Below the pieces are notes generated by a model that saw only the letters and a program-made list of their open reading frames with translations, was not told the DNA's origin and did not search any database. A program made the position numbers and the translations under genes. From an uncultured Bacilli bacterium (GTDB taxonomy: Bacteria; Bacillota_I; Bacilli_A; RF39; UBA660): DNA of 52,705 nucleotides. The DNA lies in the NCBI GenBank assembly GCA_947630305.1, contig CANRHC010000003.1:1-52705 (forward strand), in the 5' to 3' direction. Shown piece after piece: positions 29,642 through 38,197 of the stretch. Position 1 is the first letter of the stretch; each line of letters begins with the position of its first letter.

Positions 29642-29815
29642 TCACTTAAAGAACTGTTTACCAGTTTCTTGTTCATAGCGTTTTTGAATTGATTTATCAG
29701 TTTTCATAACTTTCAGAATTCTAGAACTGATATCCCTAATAAATTGTTCAGGTATTAAATTAGGATCAATTACCGCTTCTTGAGCTTGAAACTGGTTTTC
29801 TTTTTTATTTTTCAT
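29642..29815 (-). CDS. 57-aa hypothetical early protein
   Basis: ORF read by hand, MKNKKENQFQ...KQFFK*; fills the gap and is below the track cutoff. Confidence 0.55.
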   Translation of the reverse strand: MKNKKENQFQAQEAVIDPNLIPEQFIRDISSRILKVMKTDKSIQKRYEQETGKQFFK

Positions 29816-30155
29816 CTTTATTTACTTTTATAATGATTCCAGCTAAAGCTTCTCCTAAATCTTTTAGAACTTCAGAAAGATCATCTTTAACTTCAATAGT
29901 TGGTTCAATATGAACTACTTTGTTATCTTTTAATTTATCTAAAAATTCTTCAGCTTTATTTTTGCTTTCACCATAGCTTTTTAATTCAATGATTGTTTCT
30001 TCTTCAACGCATTTTGAAAGTAAAGTATCAATAGCTATTACATAATCCTTAAGGTATTTTGGATTTACTTCAGTAATATTCTTGAGCAAATCTAAAATAG
30101 CCTGATGTAAAGCTTTCTGAATCTTTTCTGCTGTTTTTTCTAATGTAATTGGCAT
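29805..30155 (-). CDS. Hypothetical early protein
   Basis: AAGGAG RBS. Confidence 0.6.
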   Translation of the reverse strand: MPITLEKTAEKIQKALHQAILDLLKNITEVNPKYLKDYVIAIDTLLSKCVEEETIIELKSYGESKNKAEEFLDKLKDNKVVHIEPTIEVKDDLSEVLKDLGEALAGIIIKVNKDEK

Positions 30156-30211
30156 ATTTACTCCTTAAGACAATTTCTTGAAAATTAACTTTCAAATAAA
30201 CCTAAAATGTT

Positions 30212-30403
30212 TTATTCTAATAATACTAATGGACTGATTTTTACTACTTTACAGAATTTTTTATACTCATCTACATCCATTTTTCTATTACCATTAACTG
30301 TAGCGTTGAGTTTGGCATAATCTATTCCCATATCACGAGCTACAGCCGCCTGGTTAATATGATTAGCTTTTATAAATTCTGAAAGCTTTTCATGAAAATC
30401 CAT
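30212..30403 (-). CDS. Cro-like HTH repressor
   Basis: 63-aa HTH (INQAAVARDMGI...NGNRKM) divergent from cI. Confidence 0.8.
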   Translation of the reverse strand: MDFHEKLSEFIKANHINQAAVARDMGIDYAKLNATVNGNRKMDVDEYKKFCKVVKISPLVLLE

Positions 30404-30423
30404 TAACTATCCTCCTTCTCTCT

Positions 30424-30572
30424 AATTTGTGGTATCTGCAAATTATTTTAATATAATTTGCGTTTAACACAAATTTAGTATAACAAGTTAAATCAAACTT
30501 GTAAACATAAAATTGATATTTTCTCAAATTTTTTTAAAATTTTTTAAGTAAAATTTTAGATTTACTCAAATT
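30424..30572. promoter_or_regulatory. Lysis/lysogeny switch with four candidate operators AATTTG-N9-CAAATT
   Basis: Copies at 30424-30444 and 30455-30475 (exact), 30510-30530 and 30552-30572 (left half degenerate). Confidence 0.65.
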
Positions 30573-30606
30573 TGTTGTATAATAGGACGTAACTTGAAAG
30601 GAGTTT

Positions 30607-31329
30607 ATGATGGCTAGTAATTATGGTGAACGTCTTAAAATGTATCGAAAACACGCTAATTTAACTCAAAAAGAACTAGCTGAAAAACTAGGAATAGATC
30701 ATACAGCCATTTCAAATTGGGAACGAGATATTTATAAATATGATATAGAAATGTTAATACCTTTAAGCAACGCTTTAGGTGTATCTGTAACAGATTTATT
30801 AGGTTTTTATACTGATTATTCTTTAAGTCCTGATGAAGAACAATTAATTAAAATTTATAGAGCTTTAGAAGAAGCTGATAAAGAAACTTTAATGAAATTA
30901 GGCCAAGCTTTAAAGGTTTTAAAGAATTCAATTAAAACAACAACTGATAAAGTAAAAACTTTTATTTCTCATCCTGTTTTCCTTATGCCAGCTTCAGCTG
31001 GTACAGGCCAGTTTTTAGATTCTGATGAATATGAATTAATAGATTTTCCTGAAGATTCAGTTCCTAGAGATTCTAATTTTGCTGTTAGAGTATCAGGAAA
31101 TTCAATGGAACCTGATTATCCTGATAAAAGTATTGTTTTTATAAAACAGGTTAAAACACTTGAACCTGGTGAAGTTGGTATTTTTATTGTTAATAATGAA
31201 GGTTTTTTAAAGAAATTAGGAGATTCAAATAACTTAATATCTATTAATCCTAATTATAAAGATATTGAAATTAAACAGTTTGATGATTGTAGAATAGTAG
31301 GAAAAGTTGTAGGTACTTACAATGAATAA
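30607..31329 (+). CDS. CI-like repressor (HTH + S24 peptidase)
   Basis: LTQKELAEKLG..ISNWE; ASAG cleavage site, VSGNSM, FLKK. Confidence 0.93.
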   Translation: MMASNYGERLKMYRKHANLTQKELAEKLGIDHTAISNWERDIYKYDIEMLIPLSNALGVSVTDLLGFYTDYSLSPDEEQLIKIYRALEEADKETLMKLGQALKVLKNSIKTTTDKVKTFISHPVFLMPASAGTGQFLDSDEYELIDFPEDSVPRDSNFAVRVSGNSMEPDYPDKSIVFIKQVKTLEPGEVGIFIVNNEGFLKKLGDSNNLISINPNYKDIEIKQFDDCRIVGKVVGTYNE

Positions 31330-31831
31330 TACAAAAGAAGCAAAAGCTAAAATTAAAAGTTACAAAAAACAGAAATATCCTAATACTAAAGCTGTTTATA
31401 TGAGCGGTATTCCAAATTTTAAAGAAGGGAACGCTTTTTTTGTCTATCTTGATACAGATAATGAAGAATTAGAATTTATTAATTATGTAGAAGAAGCTTC
31501 TTTACCTTTAGAACGTATAAAAGAAGCTACTTCTATAACTGAAAAAGAAGTTGAAGAATATGAGAAAAATAGATTAGCTTCAGGTTTAGTTACTTCAGCT
31601 TTAATAGGTCCTGTTGGTGGTTTAATTGTTGGTTTAAATAAAAAGAAGAAAAAGAAAAATACTTATCATACTTTCTTAAGTATAATTTATGAAGATAAAG
31701 CTGGTGAAGAAAATACTTTAGTTTTTAGAACACCTTCAGCTAGTAATACTAGCTTGTATTTCAATAAGTTCTTGAACAGTCTTAAACCGTATCTACCAGC
31801 TATAGAAGCACCAGCAAAAGTAGAATTATAG
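31322..31831 (+). CDS. Immunity-region membrane-associated protein
   Basis: Gly-rich hydrophobic segment (LIGPVGGLIVG) followed by poly-K; lies between cI and integrase. Confidence 0.55.
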   Translation: MNNTKEAKAKIKSYKKQKYPNTKAVYMSGIPNFKEGNAFFVYLDTDNEELEFINYVEEASLPLERIKEATSITEKEVEEYEKNRLASGLVTSALIGPVGGLIVGLNKKKKKKNTYHTFLSIIYEDKAGEENTLVFRTPSASNTSLYFNKFLNSLKPYLPAIEAPAKVEL

Positions 31832-31842
31832 AGAAATAGTAA

Positions 31843-31865
31843 AGTCCGCCTTGAGCGGACTCTTT
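31843..31865 (+). terminator. Hairpin upstream of integrase
   Basis: AGTCCGC/GCGGACT stem, then CTTT. Confidence 0.4.
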
Positions 31866-31873
31866 AAATTAAT

Positions 31874-33406
31874 ATGAATTGTGTTATCTATGCTAGATAT
31901 TCTAGCGAAAAACAGAACGAAAAATCAATAGAAGATCAAATAAAAGCTTGTGAAATTTTCGCTGAAGAAAATGGTTTTACTGTTATTAATACTTATATTG
32001 ATAAAGCTAAAAGCGGCAAAACCGATCACCGCCCTGGTTTTCAAACTATGATTGAAGATTCAAAAAAGAAACAATTTAAATTTGTTCTATGTTGGAAATT
32101 TGACCGTATTAGTAGGAATACCAGGGATTATTATTACTATGAAAAGATTTTATTTGATAATGGTGTAAACATTGTTTCAATTAATGAACGTATAGATGAT
32201 CCTCAAGCCGCCCCTATTATTAAGGCTGTTAATATTGGAATGGCTGAAAGTTTTAACGTTACTTTAGCTATTAATGTTAATAGAGGTATGCGAGCGAACG
32301 CTCAAAAATGTAAATCTAATGGTTCTTTACCTATTGGCTACCAGTCTGATAAAGAAGGTATTATAAGTTTAGATTCTAAAGTAGCCCCATATATTGAAGA
32401 AGCTTTTAAATTATTTCTTAGTGGTTATTCTTATACAGATATAGCTAATTACTTTAATGATGAAGGTATTAGAACTAAAAAAGGCGGTTTATTTAATGGT
32501 AATGGTATTAAAAGAATTTTAGGTAATTCTAGATATACTGGTATTTATCAATATCAGGATATAGTTATTGATGGTGGTATGCCTTCTATAGTAGATAAAG
32601 AAACTTTTTTAGAAGTTCAGGATAAAATGAAAAATTATACACGCCCCCATAATAATAAAGATAAACAAGAAAGATATTATTTAAGAAATAAACTATTTTG
32701 CTACAACTGTAACCAGCCAATGAAAATTAGTTGTGGTACTTCTAAAAATGGTGAAATTTATAGATATTATAAATGTGGCTGTCAATCTGTTAGAAAAGAT
32801 TATATAGAACCGCTGGTAATTCAGTTAACTAAAAAATATATTCTTACTGAAGAAACTATTGAAAAGATAGCGGATTATATAATGAATTTACAGAAAGAAT
32901 TAAAGAAGAACGCTAAAGAAGTTTCTTTAGCAAAAGAAATAAAAGAGATTGATAAAAAGATTGATAATGTTTGTGATTTATTCATGAATGGTTTAGATAG
33001 TCCAGCTCTAAGAGAAAAACTAGAAAAACTTGAGAATGATAAGAAACAGTTAGAAATAAAATTAGCTTTAGAAAAAACTTATAATAAAGATATTTCTAGA
33101 GATAGTTTAATTTGGTATCTGAATCAGTTTAAAGACATGAAAGAAGGAGATAAAGAACTTGAAGAAAAGCTTATCAATGATTTAGTAATGTATGTTTATC
33201 TTCAAGAGGATAAAATTTGGATTCAATATAAATATGCGGAGAAAAATAAAGACACTCAAGCCCTTAGTTTAAAAGAACTTGAGTGTTCGATGAATTCACA
33301 ATTGGTGAACCTAATGAGTGTTCACTCGAACCTCTCAATAAGCAACGATAGAAATTATATAATATTAAAGGTATCTCTGCAAGTAAAAAATACAAAATAT
33401 TTATAA
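31874..33406 (+). CDS. Large serine recombinase (integrase)
   Basis: YARYSS catalytic Ser, DRISR, recombinase domain, CYNC...YYKC Zn ribbon, coiled coil. Confidence 0.95.
   Translation: MNCVIYARYSSEKQNEKSIEDQIKACEIFAEENGFTVINTYIDKAKSGKTDHRPGFQTMIEDSKKKQFKFVLCWKFDRISRNTRDYYYYEKILFDNGVNIVSINERIDDPQAAPIIKAVNIGMAESFNVTLAINVNRGMRANAQKCKSNGSLPIGYQSDKEGIISLDSKVAPYIEEAFKLFLSGYSYTDIANYFNDEGIRTKKGGLFNGNGIKRILGNSRYTGIYQYQDIVIDGGMPSIVDKETFLEVQDKMKNYTRPHNNKDKQERYYLRNKLFCYNCNQPMKISCGTSKNGEIYRYYKCGCQSVRKDYIEPLVIQLTKKYILTEETIEKIADYIMNLQKELKKNAKEVSLAKEIKEIDKKIDNVCDLFMNGLDSPALREKLEKLENDKKQLEIKLALEKTYNKDISRDSLIWYLNQFKDMKEGDKELEEKLINDLVMYVYLQEDKIWIQYKYAEKNKDTQALSLKELECSMNSQLVNLMSVHSNLSISNDRNYIILKVSLQVKNTKYL
33281..33334. 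other. Candidate attP inside the integrase 3' end
   Basis: Imperfect ~50-bp inverted repeat GAGTGTTCGATGAA...TTCACTCGAACCTC centred on TGGTGAACC. Confidence 0.5.
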
Positions 33407-33421
33407 TTTTTTTATTACTAC

Positions 33422-33450
33422 TTTACTAAACTATTGTTTAATAGTAAAAT
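33422..33450 (+). promoter_or_regulatory. Promoter of the HTH gene with one operator
   Basis: TTTACT-17-TAAAAT containing TACTAAACTATTGTTTAATA. Confidence 0.6.
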
Positions 33451-33468
33451 ATATTTGAGGTGATTAAA

Positions 33469-33660
33469 ATGACAAATTTACAAAAAATTAGAGAAAAAAG
33501 AGATATAAGTAAATATAGATTATCCCAGCTTTCAGGTTTATCTCAAACTTACATAGGGAGAATAGAAAACGGTTCTACCAGTATAGAGAATGTTACTCTA
33601 AAGAATATTCGATTATTAGCAAAAGCTTTAAATGTTGATTATACTGAACTTTTAGATTAA
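33469..33660 (+). CDS. XRE-family HTH regulator (Aca-like position)
   Basis: LQKIREKRDISKYRLSQLSGLSQTYIGRIENG; ATG 33469 after GAGGTG. Confidence 0.85.
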   Translation: MTNLQKIREKRDISKYRLSQLSGLSQTYIGRIENGSTSIENVTLKNIRLLAKALNVDYTELLD

Positions 33661-33689
33661 AGATCAGTATAATTTTTTTTTTGGAATAA

Positions 33690-33731
33690 TACTAAACTAT
33701 ATTTGACTACTAAAATATATTTTAGTATAAT
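33690..33731 (+). promoter_or_regulatory. Consensus sigmaA promoter P1 with tandem operators
   Basis: TTGACT(33703)-17-TATAAT(33726); perfect palindrome TACTAAAATATATTTTAGTA at 33708-33727. Confidence 0.85.
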
Positions 33732-33760
33732 ATTTATATAAATTAATTGAGGTGATTTAA

Positions 33761-33970
33761 ATGAAAGATATACTAATTTATGAAACATTTAGAAAAGCTT
33801 ATAGTACAAAAGATATTAAACATACTATGAAGGTTGGTGAATTAATAGAATATTTACAGGACTTTGAACATGATACACCAATTTATTTAAGTTTTGACGC
33901 TGGTTATACTTTTGGTTCAGTTGATAAAACAGAATTTGAACTTGTAGATAAAAACGATGAAAATTATTAA
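33761..33970 (+). CDS. Small acidic hypothetical protein
   Basis: Own promoter and GAGGTG RBS. Confidence 0.75.
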   Translation: MKDILIYETFRKAYSTKDIKHTMKVGELIEYLQDFEHDTPIYLSFDAGYTFGSVDKTEFELVDKNDENY

Positions 33971-33985
33971 ATTTTTTTAAAATAA

Positions 33986-34027
33986 TACTAATTTATAGTT
34001 GACTACTAAATTATATTTTAGTATAAT
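33986..34027 (+). promoter_or_regulatory. Consensus sigmaA promoter P2 with tandem operators
   Basis: TTGACT(33999)-17-TATAAT(34022); TACTAAATTATATTTTAGTA. Confidence 0.85.
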
Positions 34028-34056
34028 ATCTATAGAAGTTAAGAAAGAGGAAAAAA

Positions 34057-34443
34057 ATGAAAACTTATAAAGTTATAGCAAAAAATAAAGAAACAGGAAA
34101 AAGAGAATTAGTAAAAGTTGAAGCTCATACCAAAAAAGAAGCTAATATTAAAATTAGAATAATGGGCTACAGTTTTTCTGAAAGAAAGCTAAAAGAAGAA
34201 AAATTATTTAATTGGATAATAGATAAAATGGATGACGCTTATACTAATGAAGAAGAAAGAGCATTATATAGATTTAATAAAATTCCAAAAACTGAAGAAG
34301 AATATAAAAACTTATTTAGAAAATATACAAAAAGAGAAATCGAAATTAAAGTAGATAGACATTTTAAATATAAACAGAAAAAAGAAGAAGAAAGAGAATA
34401 TAGAGAAAATTTAAAAAGATTCGGAATTGAACCAATATTTTAA
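34057..34443 (+). CDS. Basic, charged hypothetical protein
   Basis: Own promoter and RBS. Confidence 0.7.
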   Translation: MKTYKVIAKNKETGKRELVKVEAHTKKEANIKIRIMGYSFSERKLKEEKLFNWIIDKMDDAYTNEEERALYRFNKIPKTEEEYKNLFRKYTKREIEIKVDRHFKYKQKKEEEREYRENLKRFGIEPIF

Positions 34444-34455
34444 AATTTTTTTAAA

Positions 34456-34501
34456 ATTATACTAAACTATTGTTGACTAATAAACAATAGTTTAGTATAA
34501 T
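34456..34501 (+). promoter_or_regulatory. Consensus sigmaA promoter P3 with tandem operators
   Basis: TTGACT(34473)-17-TATAAT(34496) within a 19-bp perfect inverted repeat. Confidence 0.85.
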
Positions 34502-34531
34502 ATCTATAGAAGTTAAGAAAGAGGTGAAAAC

Positions 34532-35332
34532 ATGAAATACACATACGGAATGAGATTAAGAGGATTTTCAATCGGTTGCCAGCCTAAAAAGGGCTTTTTA
34601 GAAAGAAAGGATGATAAAGAAGGTAAATATCACGATCTTATTGTTTATGATAGAAAATTAACTGATGAAGAAGTTAAAAGATATGATTTAGATTTAATAG
34701 AAAGTGAAGAAGAAATGAAAGAAACAAAAGCTACAGTAATACCAATGATAAAACAACTTGAAAGTTTATTTTCAAAACTAAATGATAAATTCTTTGAAGG
34801 AAAACTTGAAACACCAGTTATTACAATAGCCCCTGATACATGTAGAGCATATGGCTGGTTTACTACTTTTAGAGCTTGGAAAGAAACAGATAATAAAGAA
34901 TCTGAAGGTTACTATGAAATTAATGTAACTTGTGATTACTTAAATAGAACACCAGTTGAAATTGCTACTACATTACTTCATGAAATGGTTCATCTATATT
35001 GTGAAATGAATGGTATTAAAGATACATCAAGAAGTGGTAATTATCATAACAAGAATTACAAGAAAGCCGCTGAAGATCATGGCTTAATTGTTACTAAAGT
35101 TGAAAAAAGCGGATTCAGCCAAACTGAACCAACAACTGAAACCGCTGAATACCTTGATTCTTTAAATCTTAAGTTTGATCTATATCGACCAACTCCTGAA
35201 AAAGAACAGGTTATTAAAAAGTCTAGTACAAGAAAGTATGTTTGTCCACATTGTGGTTCAATTATTAGAGCCACTAAACCAGTTAGAGTTATTTGTGCTG
35301 ATTGTGGTGTTGAATTTGAAGAAGTTGTTTAA
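34532..35332 (+). CDS. DarA_C-like domain fused to SprT-like Zn metalloprotease
   Basis: N-terminal YGMRLRGFSIGCQP...YDRKL; TLLHEMVH, YHNK, C-terminal CPHC...CADC. Confidence 0.75.
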   Translation: MKYTYGMRLRGFSIGCQPKKGFLERKDDKEGKYHDLIVYDRKLTDEEVKRYDLDLIESEEEMKETKATVIPMIKQLESLFSKLNDKFFEGKLETPVITIAPDTCRAYGWFTTFRAWKETDNKESEGYYEINVTCDYLNRTPVEIATTLLHEMVHLYCEMNGIKDTSRSGNYHNKNYKKAAEDHGLIVTKVEKSGFSQTEPTTETAEYLDSLNLKFDLYRPTPEKEQVIKKSSTRKYVCPHCGSIIRATKPVRVICADCGVEFEEVV

Positions 35333-35373
35333 ATCTTAAATAGCTTCTTTACTTTCTTCTTATTATATATAGT

Positions 35374-35403
35374 AAAGGAGCTGTCTAAACAGCTCCATTT
35401 TTT
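35374..35403. terminator. Bidirectional terminator between convergent genes
   Basis: GGAGCTGT/ACAGCTCC stem flanked by A and T tracts. Confidence 0.7.
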
Positions 35404-38195
35404 TAACTACATCCAGTAGTACTACCACAATCTAAACAGGTTTTACAAACACCAGTTTTAACCATGTTAGAACTACCACAACTAGGACAAGTTTCACCAT
35501 ATAACCTAGTTGGTTCTTCATCAATTTCTATAGCAGGTTTATTATTTAAAGGTTTTTCAGTTTGTGGCTTTACCTGTACATAATTATAGTTACCACATTC
35601 TATATCAATTACTTTACTAACTAAATCAGCTATTGAATCAGCAAATTTAATATTAGGGTGTCTACTTACAATTCCTGCTGGTTCAAATTTGTGTCCTCTT
35701 AACATTTTAGATATTTCTTCAGGATTAATACCAAATTGAAGCATATAAGAAATAGCTTTAGAAAGAGCTGATAAAAGTCCTTTAATGGTTGTACCTTCTT
35801 TATCAGTTGAGATAAAGAGTTCAGCTAATTCTCCATTATCATAATAACCAACAGTTATATATAAATTCAGGTTTTCTATTGTTACAGCATGAGTTCTACT
35901 ATTTCTAATTGGGCTAGGTTTAATTCTAGTAGGTAAGGTTCTTTCTTCTTTTTCTTCTTCAAGTTCTTCAGATTCTTTAGATTCTTTAGATTCTTCAATT
36001 TTTGTATTTAATGGTTGAGAAGCCTTACAACCATCCCTGTAAACTGTAATAGCTTTAACACCTGAATTATAGGCTAGATCATTAATGTTCATTATATCTT
36101 GAACAGTAGCTGAATTTGGTAAGTTTATAGTTTTACTAACAGCCCCTGATATTAATGGAGTAACAGCCGCTACCATCTTAACATGAGCTTCAGGACTTAT
36201 TTCATTAGCTGTTTGAAGTACTTTCTGAAGATTTTCACCAATATTAGGACAACCTTGATAAGTTCCATGTTTTTCAAAATAATCGTTTATTTGATCTTTA
36301 CAAGCATGATAAACACCGTTAGAAACAGAAATAAGATATTCTTCAGCTAAAGGATTAGCTATTACCATTGTAGAACCATCAGAACAATTTTTATAAATTC
36401 TATGTGAAAAGAATGGTTCTATTGAAGTAGCCCCACAATCCATAGCAAAAGAAATAGTTCCTGTTGGTGCTATACAACTTACTTGAGCATTCCTGAAACC
36501 GTTCTTTTTACCACTATTAAAAGCTTTACGCCAAATTTCTTGAAGTGCTTCAGCTAGATTAGCTGGTACTAAATCTAAATTAACTTTTTCAGGTTCTATA
36601 TTTAAAAAACCATTATTAACATAATCATCTGTATAAGCACCAGCCACAATACAATGATTAAATATTACATTTAACATTGAAGAACTGTTTTCTTTATATT
36701 TTTCAAAAGTTCCTATTTCTTTAGCCATTAAAGAAGAAACATAATAAGAGTAACCAGTCATAATACCAGTTAAAGTAGCTGCTAAAGCTCTAGCTTCATC
36801 ACTATCATAAGCTAAACCTTGAGCTAAGAATAAAGAAGCATAATTAGTTAAACCTAATCCTGTTGGTCTATATAAGTATGATCTTTCAGCTACAGCTTTA
36901 GTAGGATATTGACCCCAAAAGATTGAAGCTTCAAGAACCAGCTGAATTAAACCTATTATATGAAGAAAAGCTTCAATATCAAAAGAACCATCTTCATTAA
37001 GAAATTTTAAAAGGTTAATACTAGCTAAATTACAAGCGGTATTATCAAGAAAAACAAACTCTGAACAAGGATTAGAAGCTCTTATTACATCTTCATTCAA
37101 ACAGGTATTCCAGGCGTTTATAGTATCTGAAAATTGCAAGCCAGGATCCGCACAATTCCAAGCGGCTTTATTGATCTTTTCCCATAAATCATAAGCTTTT
37201 ACAGTTTTATTTACTTTAGAATCAGTTATACCGTATAAAACATAATCAGCTTCAGGATCATTCTTCTTAGTCATAAAATTTCTATCAACTCTAACTGAAT
37301 TGTTTGAATTTTGACCTGAAACTGTTTTATAGGCTTCTCCGTTCATGCTGGTATCATAACCAGCTTTACCTAAAGCTCTAACTTTATCTTCTTCTTTAGC
37401 TTTCCAATCAATAAAAGCTTCTATTTCAGGATGATTACTATCTAGAATAACCATTTTAGCGGCCCTTCTAGTAGTACCACCTGATTTAATAGCACCAGCG
37501 TTTCTATCTAACCCATATAGAAAAGACATAACACCGCTAGATTTACCGCCTGAACTTAAGCTTTCACCATCAGCCCTTATATTTGAAAAGTTTGTACCAA
37601 CGCCTGAACCACCTTTAAATAGTTTAGTTTCAATAGCGTAATGATCTGAAATAGATTCAGTTCCTAATAATTGATCTTTAATAGGAATGATAAAACAGGC
37701 TGAACTTTGACTTCTAGAATATCTATCTTTTGATCTTACAACCTTTTTTTCTTCAGGATCATAATAATAAGTATAATCATGATCCGCTTCTATACCATAT
37801 TTATTTAAACCAGTATTAAACCATTGAGGACTATTAGGAGCCCATATTTGGCTGATTATTGTATAAGCTAATTCATCATAAACAATAGAAGCTTCTTCAT
37901 CAGAATTTATTAAACCTTCTTCTTTTAGAGCTTCAACCCAAAACCAACACATTCTATCTACTACTTGTTTTAAAGAAGTTTCAGGAATAGCTCTAAAGAA
38001 ATATTTACTAGCTATAATATTACAAGCGTTTTCAGAATAAAAATCAGGAAATTCAGCCCCTTTAATCTGATATATTACTTCACCAGTTTTATAATTGTGA
38101 AGGGTAATATCTTTTTTAACCCAGTTGAATAGCTCAAAAACTGATTGATTGTCTTTAAGCTTTTTTGTATAGTGTCTTTTTATTATCTTTTTCAT
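35403..38195 (-). CDS. nrdJ: Class II (B12-dependent) ribonucleotide reductase
   Basis: PNSPQWFNTG, SACFI, GGTTRRAAKM, SNPCSE, APTGTIS, VYRDG, C-terminal CPSC/CLDCG..GCS. Confidence 0.93.
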   Translation of the reverse strand: MKKIIKRHYTKKLKDNQSVFELFNWVKKDITLHNYKTGEVIYQIKGAEFPDFYSENACNIIASKYFFRAIPETSLKQVVDRMCWFWVEALKEEGLINSDEEASIVYDELAYTIISQIWAPNSPQWFNTGLNKYGIEADHDYTYYYDPEEKKVVRSKDRYSRSQSSACFIIPIKDQLLGTESISDHYAIETKLFKGGSGVGTNFSNIRADGESLSSGGKSSGVMSFLYGLDRNAGAIKSGGTTRRAAKMVILDSNHPEIEAFIDWKAKEEDKVRALGKAGYDTSMNGEAYKTVSGQNSNNSVRVDRNFMTKKNDPEADYVLYGITDSKVNKTVKAYDLWEKINKAAWNCADPGLQFSDTINAWNTCLNEDVIRASNPCSEFVFLDNTACNLASINLLKFLNEDGSFDIEAFLHIIGLIQLVLEASIFWGQYPTKAVAERSYLYRPTGLGLTNYASLFLAQGLAYDSDEARALAATLTGIMTGYSYYVSSLMAKEIGTFEKYKENSSSMLNVIFNHCIVAGAYTDDYVNNGFLNIEPEKVNLDLVPANLAEALQEIWRKAFNSGKKNGFRNAQVSCIAPTGTISFAMDCGATSIEPFFSHRIYKNCSDGSTMVIANPLAEEYLISVSNGVYHACKDQINDYFEKHGTYQGCPNIGENLQKVLQTANEISPEAHVKMVAAVTPLISGAVSKTINLPNSATVQDIMNINDLAYNSGVKAITVYRDGCKASQPLNTKIEESKESKESEELEEEKEERTLPTRIKPSPIRNSRTHAVTIENLNLYITVGYYDNGELAELFISTDKEGTTIKGLLSALSKAISYMLQFGINPEEISKMLRGHKFEPAGIVSRHPNIKFADSIADLVSKVIDIECGNYNYVQVKPQTEKPLNNKPAIEIDEEPTRLYGETCPSCGSSNMVKTGVCKTCLDCGSTTGCS

Positions 38196-38197
38196 AA

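Noticed and set aside
33690-34531. Repeated intergenic units as a CRISPR array or integron attC sites
   Set aside because: They resolve into -35/-10 boxes, operators and RBS, and are separated by whole genes.
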